A stretch of 64,000 nt of DNA from Eledone cirrhosa (GCA_964016885.1 OZ024740.1:104408001-104472000); one strand, 5' to 3'. Counted from the stretch's first letter, positions 32,501-46,770 are shown. Notes: generated by a model from the sequence alone, not told the origin. Made by a program: numbers and translations.

Positions 32501-35500
32501 CACACTGTCTATCTACTCAATTTCTACACACCGTGTCTATCTACTCAATATCTACACACTGTGTATCTACTCAATATCCACACACTGTGTCTATCTACTC
32601 AATATCTACACACTGTGTCTATCTACTCAATATCCACACATTGTGTCTATCTATTCAGCATCTACACACTGTGTCTATCTACTCAACATCTACACACTGT
32701 GTCTATCTACTCAATATCTACACACTGTGTATCTACTCAATATCCACACACTGTGTCTATCTACTCAATATCTACACACTGTGTCTATCTACTCAACATC
32801 AACACACTGTCACTATCTACTCAACATCTACACACTGTGTCTATCTACTCAACATCTACACACTGTCTATCTATTCAATATCTACACACCGTGTCTATCT
32901 ACTCAATATCTACACACTGTGTCTATCTACTCAACATCTACACACTCTGTCTATCTACTCAACATCTACACACTGTCTATCTACTCAATATCTAAACACC
33001 GGGTCTATCTACTCAATACCTATACACTGTGTCTATCTACTCAACATCTACACACTGTGTCTATCTACTCAACATCTACACACTGCGTCTATCTACTCAA
33101 CATCTACACACTGTGTCTATCTACACCACATCTACACACTGTGTCTATCGGCTCAACATCTACACACCGTGTCTATCTACTGAATATCTACACACTGTGT
33201 CTATCTACTCAATATCCACACACTGTGTCTATCTATTCAGCATCTACACACTGTGTCTATCTACTCAATATCTACAAACTGTGTCTATCTACTCAACATC
33301 TAGACACTGTGTCTATTTACTCAATTTCCACACACTGTGTCTATCTACTCAACATCTACACACTGTGTCTATCTACTCAACATCTACACACTGTGTCTAT
33401 CTACACAAAATTCACACACTGTGTCTATCTACTCATTATCCACACACTGTGTCTCTCTTCTCAGTATCTACATACTGTGTCTATCTACTCAACATCTACA
33501 CACTGTGTCTATCTTTCTCAACATCCACACACTGTGTCTATCTACTCAATATCTACACACTGTTTCTATCTACTCAACATCCACACACTGTGTCTATTCT
33601 GCTCAACATCCACACACTGTGTCTATCTACTCAATATCTACACACTGTGTCTATCTACTCAATATCAACATACTGTGTATATCTACTCAACATCTACACA
33701 CTATGTCTATCTACTCAACATCCACACACTGTGTCTATCTACTCAACATCTACACACTGTGTCTATCTACTCAACATCTACACACTGTGTCTATATACTC
33801 AATATCCAGACACTGTCTATCTACTCAATATCTACACACTGTGTCTATCTACTCAACATCCACACGCTGTGTCTATCATGCTCCACATCCACACACTGTG
33901 TCTATCTACTCAACATCTACACACTGTGTCCATCTACTCAACATCTACACACTGTCTCTATCTACTCAATATCTACACACTGTGTCTATCTACTCAACAT
34001 CTTCAAACTGTGTCTATTTACTCAATATCTACAAAATGTGTCTATCTACTCAATATCTACACACCGTGACTATCTAGTAAACATCTACACACTGTGTCTA
34101 TCTACTCAACATCTACACACTGTGTCTATTTACTCAATATCCACACACTGTCTATCTACTCAATAGCTACACACTGTCACTATCTACTCAACACCTACAC
34201 ACTGTGTCTATCTACTCAAGATCTACTACACCGTGTCTATCTACTCAACATCTAAACACTGTGTCTATCTACTCAATATCTACACACCGTGTCTATCTAG
34301 TCAACATCTACATGCTGTGTCTATCTACTCAACATCTACACACTGTGTCTATCTACTCAACATCTACACACTGTGTCTATCTACTCAGCATCTACTCACT
34401 GTGTCTATCTCCTCAACTTCTACACACTATGTATATACTCAACATCTACACACTGTGTCTATTTACTCAATATCTACATACTGTGGCTATTTACTCAATA
34501 TCCACACACTGTGCCTATCTACTCAACATCCACACACATTGTGTCTATCTATTCAGCATCTACACACTGTGTCTATCTACTCAACATCTACACACTGTGT
34601 CTATCTACTCAATATCTACACACTGTGTATCTACTCAATATCCACACACTGTGTCTATCTACTCAATATCTACACACTGTGTCTATCTACTCAATATCCA
34701 CACACTGTGTCTATCTACTCAACATCTACACACTGTGTCTATCTACTCAATATCTATACACTGTGTCTATCTACTCAATATCCACACATTGTGTCTATCT
34801 ACTCAATATCCACACACTGTGCCTATCTACTCAATATCTACACACTGTGTCTATCTACTCAATATCCACACACTGTGTCTATCTACTCAACATATACACA
34901 CTGTCTATCTACTCAATATCTACACACCGTGTCTATCTACTCAACATATACACATCGTGTCTATCTACTTAACATCTACACACTGTGTCTATCTACTCAA
35001 TATCTACACACTGTGTCTATCTACTCAATATCCACACATTGTGTCTATCTACTCAATATCCACACACTGTGCCTATCTACTCAATATCTACACACTGTGT
35101 CTATCTACTCAATATCCACACACTGTGTCTATCTTCTCAACATCTACACACTGTGTCTATCTACTCAATATCTACACACTGTGTCTATCTACTCAACATC
35201 TATACACTGTGTTTATTTACTCAATATCCTCACACTGTCTATCTACTCAACATCTACACACTGTCTCTATCTACTCAATATCTACACACTGTGTCTATCT
35301 ACTCAACATCTACAAACTGTGTCTATTTACTCAATATCTACAAAATGTGTCTATCTACTCAATATCTACACACCGTGACTATCTAGTAAACATCTACACA
35401 CTGTGTCTATCTACTCAACATCTACACACTGTGTCTATTTACTCAATATCCATACACTGTCTATCTACTCAATAGCTACACACTGTCACTATCTACTCAA

Positions 35501-38500
35501 CACCTACACACTGTGTCTATCTACTCAAGATCTACTACACCGTGTCTATCTACTCAACATCTACACACTGTGTCTATTTACTCAATATCTACACACTGTG
35601 TCTATCTACTCAACATCTATACACTGTGTTTATTTACTCAATATCCTCACACTGTCTATCTACTCAACATCTACACACTGTCTCTATCTACTCAATATCT
35701 ACACACTGTGTCTATCTACTCAACATCTACAAACTGTGTCTATTTACTCAATATCTACAAAATGTGTCTATCTACTCAATATCTACACACCGTGACTATA
35801 TAGTAAACATCTACACACTGTGTCTATCTACTCAACATCTACACACTGTGTCTATTTACTCAATATCCGCACACTGTCTATCTACTCAATAGCTACACAC
35901 TGTCACTATCTACTCAACACCTACACACTGTGTCTATCTACTCAAGATCTACTACACCGTGTCTATCTACTCAACATCTACACACTGTGTCTATCTACTC
36001 AATATCTACACACCGTGTCTATCTAGTCAACATCTACATGCTGTGTCTATCTACTCAACATCTACACACTGTGTCTATCTACTCAACATCTACACACTGT
36101 GTCTATCTACTCAACATCTACCCACTGTCTATCTACTCAATATACACACACTGTGTCTATCTACTCAGCATCTACTCACTGTGTCTATCTCCTCAACTTC
36201 TACACACTATGTATATACTCAACATCTACACACTGTGTCTATTTACTCAATATCTACATACTGTGGCTATTTACTCAATATCCACACACTGTGTCTATCT
36301 ACTCAACATCCACACACATTGTGTCTATCTATTCAGCATCTACACACTGTGTCTATCTACTCAACATCTACACACTGTGTCTATCTACTCAATATCTACA
36401 CACTGTGTATCTACTCAATATCCACACACTGTGTCTATCTACTCAATATCTACACACTGTGTCTATCTACTCAATATCCACACACTGTGTCTATCTACTC
36501 AACATCTACACACTGTGTCTATCTACTCAATATCTATACACTGTGTCTATCTACTCAATATCCACACATTGTGTCTATCTACTCAATATCCACACACTGT
36601 GCCTATCTACTCAATATCTACACACTGTGTCTATCTACTCAATATCCACACACTGTGTCTATCTACTCAACATATACACACTGTCTATCTACTCAATATC
36701 TACACACCGTGTCTATCTACTCAACATATACACATCGTGTCTATCTACTCAACATCTACACACTGTGTCTATCTACTCAATATCTACACACTGTGTCTAT
36801 CTACTCAACATATACACACTGTCTATCTACTCAATATCTACACACCGTGTCTATCTACTCAACATGTACACATCGTGTCTATCTACTCAACATCTACAAA
36901 CTGTGTTTATTTACTCAATATCTACACACTGTGTCTATCTACACACTGTGTCTATCTACTCAACATCTACACACTGTCTATCTACTCAATATCTACACAC
37001 CGTGTCTATCTACTCAATATCTACACACTGTGTCTATCTACTCAACATCAACACACTGTCACTATCTACTCAACATCTACACACTGTGTCTATCTACTCA
37101 ACATCTACACACTCTCTATCTATTCAATATCTACACACCGTGTCTATCTACTCAATATCTACACACTGTGTCTATCTACTCAACATCTACACACTCTGTC
37201 TATCTACTCAACATCTACACACTGTCTATCTACTCAATATCTAAACACCGGGTCTATCTACTCAATACCTATACACTGTGTCTATCTACTCAACATCTAC
37301 ACACTGTGTCTATCTACTCAACATCTACACACTGCGTCTATCTACTCAACATCTACACACTGTGTCTATCTACACCACATCTACACACTGTGTCTATCTG
37401 CTCAACATCTACACACCGTGTCTATAAACTGAATATCTACACACTGTGTCTATCTACTCAATATCCACACACTGTGTCTATCTATTTAGCATCTACACAC
37501 TGTGTCTATCTACTCAATATCTACAAACTGTGTCTATCTACTCAACATCTAGACACTGTGTCTATTTACTCAATTTCCACACACTGTGTCTATCTACTCA
37601 ACATCTACACACTGTGTCTATCTACTCAACATCTACACACTGTGTCTATCTACACAAAATTCACACACTGTGTCTATCTACTCATTATCCACACACTGTG
37701 TCTATCTTCTCAGTATCTACATACTGTGTCTATCTACTCAACATCTACACACTGTGTCTATCTTTCTCAACATCCACACACTGTGTCTATCTACTCAATA
37801 TCTACACACTGTTTCTATCTACTCAACATCCACACACTGTGTCTATTCTGCTCAACATCCACACACTGTGTCTATCTACACAATATCTACACACTGTGTC
37901 TATCTACTCAATATCAACATACTGTGTATATCTACTCAACATCTACACACTATGTCTATCTACTCAACATCCACACACTGTGTCTATCTACTCAACATCT
38001 ACACACTGTGTCTATCTACTCAACATCTACACACTGTGTCTATATACTCAATATCCAGACACTGTCTATCTACTCAATATCTACACACTGTGTCTATCTA
38101 CTCAACATCCACACGCTGTGTCTATCATGCTCCACATCCACACACTGTGTCTATCTACTCAACATCTACACACTGTGTCCATCTACTCAACATCTACACA
38201 CTGTCTCTATCTACTCAATATCTACACACTGTGTCTATCTACTCAACATCTATACACTGTGTTTATTTACTCTATATCCTCACACTGTCTATCTACTCAA
38301 CATCTACACACTGTCTCTATCTACTCAATATCTACACACTGTGTCTATCTACTCAACATCTACCCACTGTCTATCTACTCAATATACACACACTGTCTCT
38401 ATCTACTCAGCATCTACTCACTGTGTCTATCTACTCAACATCCACACACATTGTGTCTATCTATTCATCATCTACACACTGTGTCTATCTACTCAACATC

Positions 38501-41500
38501 TACACACTGTGTCTATCTACTCAATATCTACACACTGTGTATCTACTCAATATCCACACACTGTGTCTATCTACTCAATATCTACACACTGTGTCTATCT
38601 ACTCAATATCCACACACTGTGTCTATCTACTCAACATCTACACACTGTGTCTATCTACTCAATATCTACACACTGTGTCTATCTACTCAATATCCACACA
38701 TTGTGTCTATCTACTCAATATCCACACACTGTGCCTATCTACTCAATATCTACACACTGTGTCTATCTACTCAATATCCACACACTGTGTCTATCTTCTC
38801 AACATCTACACACTGTGTCTATCTACTCAATATCTACACACTGTGTCTATCTACTCAACATATACACACTGTCTATCTACTCAATATCTACACACCGTGT
38901 CTATCTACTCAATATGCCCACACTGTGTGTATCTACTCAACATCTACACACTGTCTATCTACTCAATATCTACATACCGTGTCTATCTACTCAACATGTA
39001 CACATCGTGTCTATCTACTCAACATCTACAAACTGTGTTTATTTACTCAATATCTACACACTGTGTCTATCTACACACCGTGTCTATCTACTCAACATCT
39101 ACACACTGTCTATCTACTCAATATCTACACACCGTGTCTATCTACTCAATATCTACACACTGTGTCTATCTACTCAACATCAACACACTGTCACTATCTA
39201 CTCAACATCTACACACTGTGTCTATCTACTCAACATCTACACACTGTCTATCTATTCAATATCTACACACCGTGTCTATCTACTCAATATCTACACACTG
39301 TGTCTATCTACTCAACATCTACACACTCTGTCTATCTACTCAACATCTACACACTGTCTATCTACTCAATTTCTAAACACCGGGTCTATCTACTCAATAC
39401 CTATACACTGTGTCTATCTACTCAACATCTACACACTGTGTCTATCTATTCTACATCTACACACTGTGTCTATCTACTCAACATCCAAACACTGTGTCTA
39501 TCTACTCAACATCCACACACCGTGTCTATCTACTCAACATCCACACATTGTGTCTTTCTACTCAACATCCACACACCGTGTCTATCTACTCAACATCTAC
39601 ACAGTGTGTCTATCTACTAAACATCTGCACACTGTGTCTATCTACTCAACATCCACACACTGTGTCTATCTACTCAATAACTACACACTGTGTCTATCTA
39701 CTCAACATCCACACTCTGTGTCTATCTACTCAATATCTACACCCTGTGTCTATCTACGCAACATCTACACACTGTGTCTATCTACTCAATATCTACACAC
39801 TGTGTCTATCTACTCAACATCTACACACTGTCTATCTACTCAATATCTACACACCGTGTCTATCTACTCAATATGCCCACACTGTGTGTATCTACTCAAC
39901 ATCTACACACTGTCTATCTACTTAATATCTACACACCGTGTCTATCTACTCAATATCTACACACTGTTTCTATCTACTCAACATCCACACACTGTCTCTA
40001 TCTACTCACTATCTACACACTGTGTCTATCTACTCAACATCTACACACTGTGTCTATCTACTCAACATCTACACACTGTGTCTATTTACTCAACATCTAC
40101 ATACTGTGTCTATTTACTCAATATCTACACATTGTGTCTATCTACTCAACATCCACACACTGTGTCTATCTACTCAACATCTACACACTGTGTCTATCTA
40201 CTCAACATCTAGACACTGCGTCTATCTACTCAACATCTACACACTGTGTCTATCTACTCCACATCTACACACTGTGTCTATCTACTCAACATCTACACAC
40301 TGTTTCTATCTACTCAATATCTACACACTGTGTCTGTCTACTCAACATCTACACACTGTGTCTATTTACTCAACATCTACATACTGTGTCTATTTATTCA
40401 ATATCTACACACTGTGTCTATTTACTCAATATCCACACACGGTGTCTATTTACTCAATATCTACACACTGTGTCTATTTACTCAATATCCACACACTGTG
40501 TCTATCTACTCAACATCTACACACTGTGTCTATCTACTCAACATCTACACACTGTGTCTATCTACTCAACATCCAAACACTGTGTCTATCTACTCATCAT
40601 CTACACACTGTGTCTAACTACTCAATATCTACACACCGTGTCTATCTACTCAACATCTACACACTGTGTCTATCTACTCAACATCTACACACTGTGTCTA
40701 TTTACTGAATATCTACACACTGTGTCAATTTACTCAACATCTACACACTGTGTCTATCTACTCAATATCCACACACTGTGTCTATCTACTGAACATCTAC
40801 TCACTGTGTCTATCTACTCAACTTCTACACAATGTCTATCTACTCAATATCTACACACTGTGTCTATTTACTCAATATCTACACTGTGTCTATTTACTCA
40901 ATATCCACACACTGTGTCTATCTACTCAACATCCACACACTGTCTCTATCTACTCAACATCTACACACTGTGTCTATCTACTCAATATCCACACACTGTG
41001 TCTATCTACTCAACATCTACACACTGTCTCTATCTACTCAACATCTACACACTGTGTCTATCTACTCAACATCTACACACTGTGTCTATCTACTCAACAG
41101 CTACACACTGTGTCTATCTACTCAACATCTACACACTGTGTCTATCTACTCAACATCTACACACTGTGTCTATCTACTCAACATCTACACACTGTGTCTA
41201 TCTACTCAACATCCACACACTGTGTCTATCTACTCAGCATCTACACACTGTGTCTATCTACTCAACATGCACACACTGTGTCTATCTACTCAACATCCAC
41301 ACACCGTGTCTATCTACTCAACATCTACACACTGTGTCTATTTACTCAATATCTACACACTGTGTCTATCTACTCAACATCTTCGCACTGTGTCTATTTA
41401 CTCAATATCTACACACTGTGTCTATCTACTCAATATCTACACACTGTGTCTATCTACTCAACATCTCCACACTGTGTCTATCTACTCAACATCTACACAC

Positions 41501-43522
41501 TGTTTCTATCTACTCAACATCTACACACTGTGTCTATCTACTCAACATCCACACACTGTGTCTATCTACTCAATATCTACACACTGTGTCTATCTACTCA
41601 ATATCTACATACTGTTTCTATCTATTCAGCATCTACACACTGTGTCTATCTATTCAACATCTACACACTGTGTCTATCTACTCAACATCTACACACTGTG
41701 TCTATCTACTCAACATCTACACACTGTGTCTATCTACTCAACATCCACACACTGTGTCTATCTACTCAACATCTACACACTGTGTCTATTTACTCAATAT
41801 CTACACACTGTGTCTATCTACTCAACATCTACACACTGTGTCTATCTACTCAACATCCACACACTGTGTCTATCTACTCAACATCTACACACTGTGTCTA
41901 TCTACTCAACATCCACACACTGTGTCTATCTACTCAACATCTACACACTGTGTCTATTTACTCAATATCTACACACTGTGTCCATCTACTCAACATCTTC
42001 GCACTGTGTCTATTTTCTCAATATCTACACACTGTGTCTATCTACTCAACATCTACACACTGTGTCTATCTACTCAACATCCACACACTGTGTCTATCTT
42101 CTCAATATCTACACACTGTGTGTATCTACTCAACATCCACACACTGTGTCTATCTTCTCAATATCTACACACTGTGTGTATCTACTCAATATCCACACAC
42201 TGTGTCTATCTACTCAATATCCACACACTGTCTATCTACTCAACATCCACACACTGTCTCTATCTACTCAACATCTACACACTGTGTCTATCTACTCAAC
42301 ATCTACACACCGTGTCTATCCACTCAATATCTACACACTGTGTCTATCTACTCAACATCTACACACTGTGTCTATCTACTCAACATCTACACACTGTCTT
42401 TCTACTCAATATCTACACACCGTGTCTACTCAATATCTACACATTGTGTCTATCTACTCAACATCTACACACTGTGTCTATCTACTCAATATCCACACAC
42501 TGTGTCTATCTACTCAATATCTACACACTGTTTCTATCTACTCAACATCTACACACTGTGTCTATCTACTCAACATCTACACACTGTGTCTATCTACTCA
42601 ACATCCAAACACTGTGTCTATCTACTCAACATCTACACACCGTGTCTATCTACTCAACATCTACACACTGTGTCTATCTACTCAACATCTACACACTGTG
42701 TCTACCTACTCAACATCTACACACTGTGTCTATCTACTCAACATCTACACACTGTCTATGTACTCAACATCCACACACTGTGTCTATCTACTCAATATCT
42801 ACACACTGTGTCTATCTACTCAATATCTACATACTGTGTCTATCTAATCAACATCCACACACTGTGTCTATCTACTCAACATCTACACACTGTGTCTATC
42901 TACTCAACATCTCCACACTGTGTCTACCTACTCAACATCTACACACTGTGTCTATCTACTCAACATCTACACACTGTCTATGTACTCAACATCCACACAC
43001 TGTGTCTATCTACTCAATATCTACACACTGTGTCTATCTACTCAATATCTACATACTGTGTCTATCTAATCAACATCCACACACTGTGTCTATCTACTCA
43101 ACATCTACACACTGTGTCTATCTACTCAACATCCACACACTGTGTCTATCTACTCAATATCTACACACTGTGTCTATTTACTCAATATCCACACACTGTG
43201 TCTATCTACTCAACATCTACACACTGTGTCTATCTACTCAACATCTACACACTGTGTCTATCTACTCAACATCTACACACTGTGTCTGTCCATTCAACAA
43301 TCATTTACACACTGTGTCTCTCTATCCAAATTAACACCCACATAGTTTGCTTGTCTATTTAGTCAACATCTACACACTGTGACTATACAATCTGTCAACA
43401 TCTCACACTGTCTATCTATCCAGTCAACATTTATATACTGTGTCTATCGAAGCAGTAAATATCAACATTATATTATTCTTATGGATAAGTAATTTGGGCA
43501 CAAACACTTTACAAAATTTATA

Positions 43523-44378
43523 TCATCATCACCATTTAACATCCATTTTTCCACACTAGCATGGGTTATACGGATTGTTTCAAGTTGGGTCAGGTGACCG
43601 TGTTTTGCTCATACAGAACTATTTCTTGTTTGGTTTCTATGGCTGGATGCCCTTCCTAACACTAACTGCATTTACAGTGTGCGCTAGGTGCTTTTTGTCA
43701 TGACTCCTACTTGACCACTTTACAGTGTGGGCTGGGTGCTTTTTGTTGTGACACTTGCACAACCACTTTACAGGTGTGGGCTGGGTGCTTTTTGTTGTGA
43801 CACCTGTACAACCACTTTACAGTGTGGACTGGGTGCTTTTTGTTGTGACACCTGTACAACCACTTTACAGGTGTGGGCTGGGTGCTTTTTGTTGTGACAC
43901 CTGTACAACCACTTTACAGGTGTGGGCTGGGTGCTTTTTTGCTGTGTCGCCATCATGACCACTTTACATTGTGAGCTGGGCATTTTTTGTTGTGTTGCCA
44001 TCATGACCACTTTAAAGTGTAGGATGGAGGTTTCACTAGATGTATGCTATAGCCTGTCCTCATGAGAAATGTATGGGAGGGTGGGGGTGCATACTATATA
44101 TATGTATGCTTCAACTTCAGCCTATGTCATTGGGAAGGTGAGTCTTCTGTATGACAGCATAACTCCAGAGATCCCAGTCCTGTGTCATCGCCTTTGAGAG
44201 GTGCAATTGGGCAAGGTCAGCTTTTATCACTTCATTGTAAGTCTTCCTGGGTCTCCCTACTCTGAGGCTTCCATTGATTTTCAGCACTCTGCACCTTTTT
44301 ATACAGCTGTCATCCTTCATATACATCACATGTCCATACCAATGCAATCTCCTCTCTTGCATCCAATTCCTGTTATGC
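43523..44378 (-). mobile_element. 5'-truncated RTE-clade LINE (ORF2 C-terminus, 3' UTR, (GAT)n tail)
   Basis: Minus ORF 44117-44452 contains RRLHWYGHVMYM...GRPRKT...LWSYAVIQKT, typical of the RTE ORF2 end. The 3' UTR shares GGATGCCCTTCCTAAC and a CAT/GAT tail with other copies in the window. Confidence 0.85.
43666..44020. repeat. 48-50 bp minisatellite (~7 copies) inside the RTE 3' UTR
   Basis: ACCACTTTACAG(G)TGTGGGCTGGGTGCTTTTTGTTGTGACACCTGTACA; ACCACTTT starts at 43714, 43762, 43811, 43859, 43908, 43958, 44006. Confidence 0.9.
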
Positions 44379-44471
44379 CTACTATTTATATATAACATAT
44401 ACATTATAAAAATCTCTAGTGTCTTTCCAGCATGATCACTGAATCTAATCATATTCTATTTTCTTAAAGAG

Positions 44472-44527
44472 ACCCTTGCAAGCAGGGAAAAAGCGGACGT
44501 AAAATGAAATGATGATGATGATGATGA
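44472..44527 (+). mobile_element. Extreme 3' tail fragment of an RTE-family element
   Basis: CCCTTGCAAGCAGGGAAAAAGCGGACGTAAAAT followed by (GAT)n; nearly the same as 57160-57215. Confidence 0.6.
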
Positions 44528-44699
44528 GACATTGAATAATGTAATCCTTAATATAACCTTCAAAAGTTTCTTAGCCAGAATGACTTTCATCAAAGACAAT
44601 TCAACCATGCATCTCCAAAAAATTGGAACAGACTTCCAGTCTGGATATAACAGAGTCTATTGAGTTACTGGTGATCACTAGCAATTATCACTACACATC

Positions 44700-44881
44700 T
44701 CTGTACATGGTACCACTGTTTGTCAAAGGATTTAAGTAGAGAGTATTCCATGAAAACAGTTTATCAGTGCTTTTGTTTATTTTGGTTATAAATCTACAGT
44801 AATTTCTTCTATGAAAATCTAGGGTCCATGACAACAAGTGAGAGCAATATAACCAATAATTTCTTTGTGGATGATCTAAAG
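44700..44881 (+). pseudogene. Decayed non-LTR reverse transcriptase core fragment (R4/Dong-like)
   Basis: Manual translation gives RVFHENSLSVLLFILVIN (compare GIFQGDSLSxLLF) and ITNNFFVDDLK (FxDD motif), with stops and frameshifts. Confidence 0.55.
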
Positions 44882-45050
44882 CAGCTTTTCCCAACCACCG
44901 GTCCTCAGATGTGTACGAAGCCAGAGACCATTTGGTACCAGGCTGCACAGAAAGAAAAAAATCTGGTTTTTCATTTTATTTACTATTGAGTTGAGCTTGC
45001 ATTATGTTGAGTTGACTCACATTGACAGTATAAATACATTAATTAGATCC

Positions 45051-45590
45051 TCATCATCACCGTTTTACACTAGCATGGGTTAGATGGGTTATCCTGTTGT
45101 GGGCAATGTCAGGTCGGGTGACCATGTCTTGCTCATACGGGAACTGATTTTGGCTTGATTTCTATAGCTGGATGCCCTTCCTAAAACCAACCTCATTTAC
45201 AGTGAGTACTGGGTGCTTATTTACCATGACACTTATACGACCAGTTTATAGTGGAAGGGGGTGGGGGCATATTGCCTATATGCTTCAGCTTCAGCTTGTA
45301 CCCGTGGGAAGTTGGGTCTTCTGTATTACTGCATAACACCAGAGGTCTCGGTCCTGTGTCAAAACCTTTGAGAGGTGCAATTGGGTAAGGTCAGCTTTTA
45401 TCACCTCATCCCAGGTATTCTTGGGTCTCTCCACTCCAAGGCTTCCATCGACTTTTAGTGCTCTGCACCTTTTTATGCAGCTGTCATCCTTCATATGCAT
45501 CACATGTCCATACTAATGCAACCTCTTCTCCTGCACACAGCATTTGATACCTCATATGCTCAGTCTCTCTCTTTCTCTCAATTCATTTAT
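45051..45590 (-). mobile_element. RTE LINE 3' part (older copy, piece 1)
   Basis: Minus ORF 45291-45503 MKDDSCIKRC...RPKNTWDEVI...LWCYAVIQKT, followed by the family 3' UTR and GAT tail. Confidence 0.85.
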
Positions 45591-46770
45591 GCGTTATGCA
45601 GTGTGTAGGAAAGGAGTAGGTAGAAACTCCATTTTATGTCCCAAATGCAAAGTATGGGTGCATAAAAGATGTAGTGGGATCACAGGTAAGCTAACTAAGA
45701 ACATAGATTTTATATGTGGCCGGTGCTCTGGTGCAATAAGTAGCAGCAAGTGCCCACAGAATACTAGCTCATTCCATTGCACAGATGGTTCTATAGAAAT
45801 AGTGGACAGCTTCCGTTACTTGGGTGACAAAATCAGCAGTGGTGGAGGGTGCTCTGAAAGTACAGTAGCAAGAGTCAGAACTGGATGGAAAAAGTTCAGA
45901 GAGCTTATACCACTATTAGCCGCTAAAGGGTTCTCTCTAAAAATGAAAGGCAGGCTGTATGATGCCTGCATACGAACAGCAATGTTACATGGCAGTGAGA
46001 CCTGGGCATTGTGTGCAGAGGATATACGCAGACTGGAGAGGAACGAAGCTTGCATGCTCCACTGGATGTGTAATAATAATATACGTGAACGGCAAAGCAT
46101 AAACGAACTAAGGGAAAAATTAGAAATAAGAGGGATCAGATGTTGTTTACTCGAGAGAAGACTACGTTGGTATGGTCACGTGATGCGCATGAAAGATGAC
46201 AGCTGTATAAAAAAGTGCAGGGCAATAAAAATAGACGGTAGCCACGGAGTAGGCAGACCCAGAAAAACCTGGTACGACTTGATAAATTCCGACTTCACAC
46301 ACTTACACCTCTCCAAGACAATGTCACTGGACCGAGATCTTTGGCGCTACACAGTAATACAGAAGACCCGCCTTACCTAAGTACAAAGTGAAACCTACTA
46401 CAGTCAGTAGGCACCTCTAACAAAAATACACCCCGTCCCACTACCCCCACCCCATCCACACCTCCCCTTTCAATGTAAAGTTATGTTGGTACCACAACAT
46501 CCAGTCCGAAATAAATGAGATCATGTAGGTGTCACGACAAAAAAACACACAGTCCACGCTGTAATGTGGCCGTGTAGGTAACACGGTAAAAACCTCCCAG
46601 TCCACACTGTAAACGTGGTTGGTGTTAGGAAGGGCACCCAGCCGTAGAAAACCCGCCAGACAGTCCTATGCGAGCAAGACAACCACTCTTGTTTCAAGTG
46701 GGAAAACTCCCGTCCAAACCCATGCAAGCGTGGAAGATGGACGTTAAACGATGATGATGATGATGATGAT
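45591..46770 (+). mobile_element. 5'-truncated RTE LINE, inserted antisense into the older RTE
   Basis: Open ORF2 C-terminus to 46380 (FRYLG, RVRTGWKKF, MLHGSETW, RRLRWYGHV, GRPRKTW), then 3' UTR and (GAT)n tail at 46750-46770. Confidence 0.9.
45594..46380 (+). pseudogene. RTE ORF2 C-terminal fragment with PHD-like zinc finger
   Basis: xAVC...CPKC...HKRC...CGRC followed by RT thumb and C-terminal motifs. There is no genuine start; the N-terminus of the listed ORF is flanking sequence. Confidence 0.8.

Larger units (their letters stand above)
1..43450 (+). repeat. Tandem satellite, 28-bp monomer CTACTCAAYATCYACACACTGTGTCTAT, ~1,550 copies; runs off the left edge
   Basis: The monomer is directly visible throughout. 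Variants of 26 bp (loss of one GT), 17 bp (loss of 11 bp between the two ATCTAC words) and 29 bp (TCTTTCTC) recur. Monomers degenerate over ~43,280-43,450. Confidence 0.98.

Noticed and set aside
160-43362. Very long His/Cys/Tyr/Thr-rich ORFs (up to 2217 aa)
   Set aside because: The consensus + strand has no stop codon in any frame, so three monomers give the same 28-aa cycle in all frames. Frequent 1-, 2- and 11-bp indels switch frames freely, and the ORFs flip strand with the inversions. There is no sign of coding constraint.
1-43450. CRISPR array (28-bp repeat with internal palindrome)
   Set aside because: No unique spacers, no cas genes, and a eukaryotic TE context.
1-43450. RAG/Transib RSS heptamer CACAGTG in every monomer (minus strand)
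   Set aside because: No ACAAAAACC-like nonamer at 12 or 23 bp, and no RAG-like transposase in the window. It is likely a coincidence of the palindrome, although the inversion junctions overlap it.
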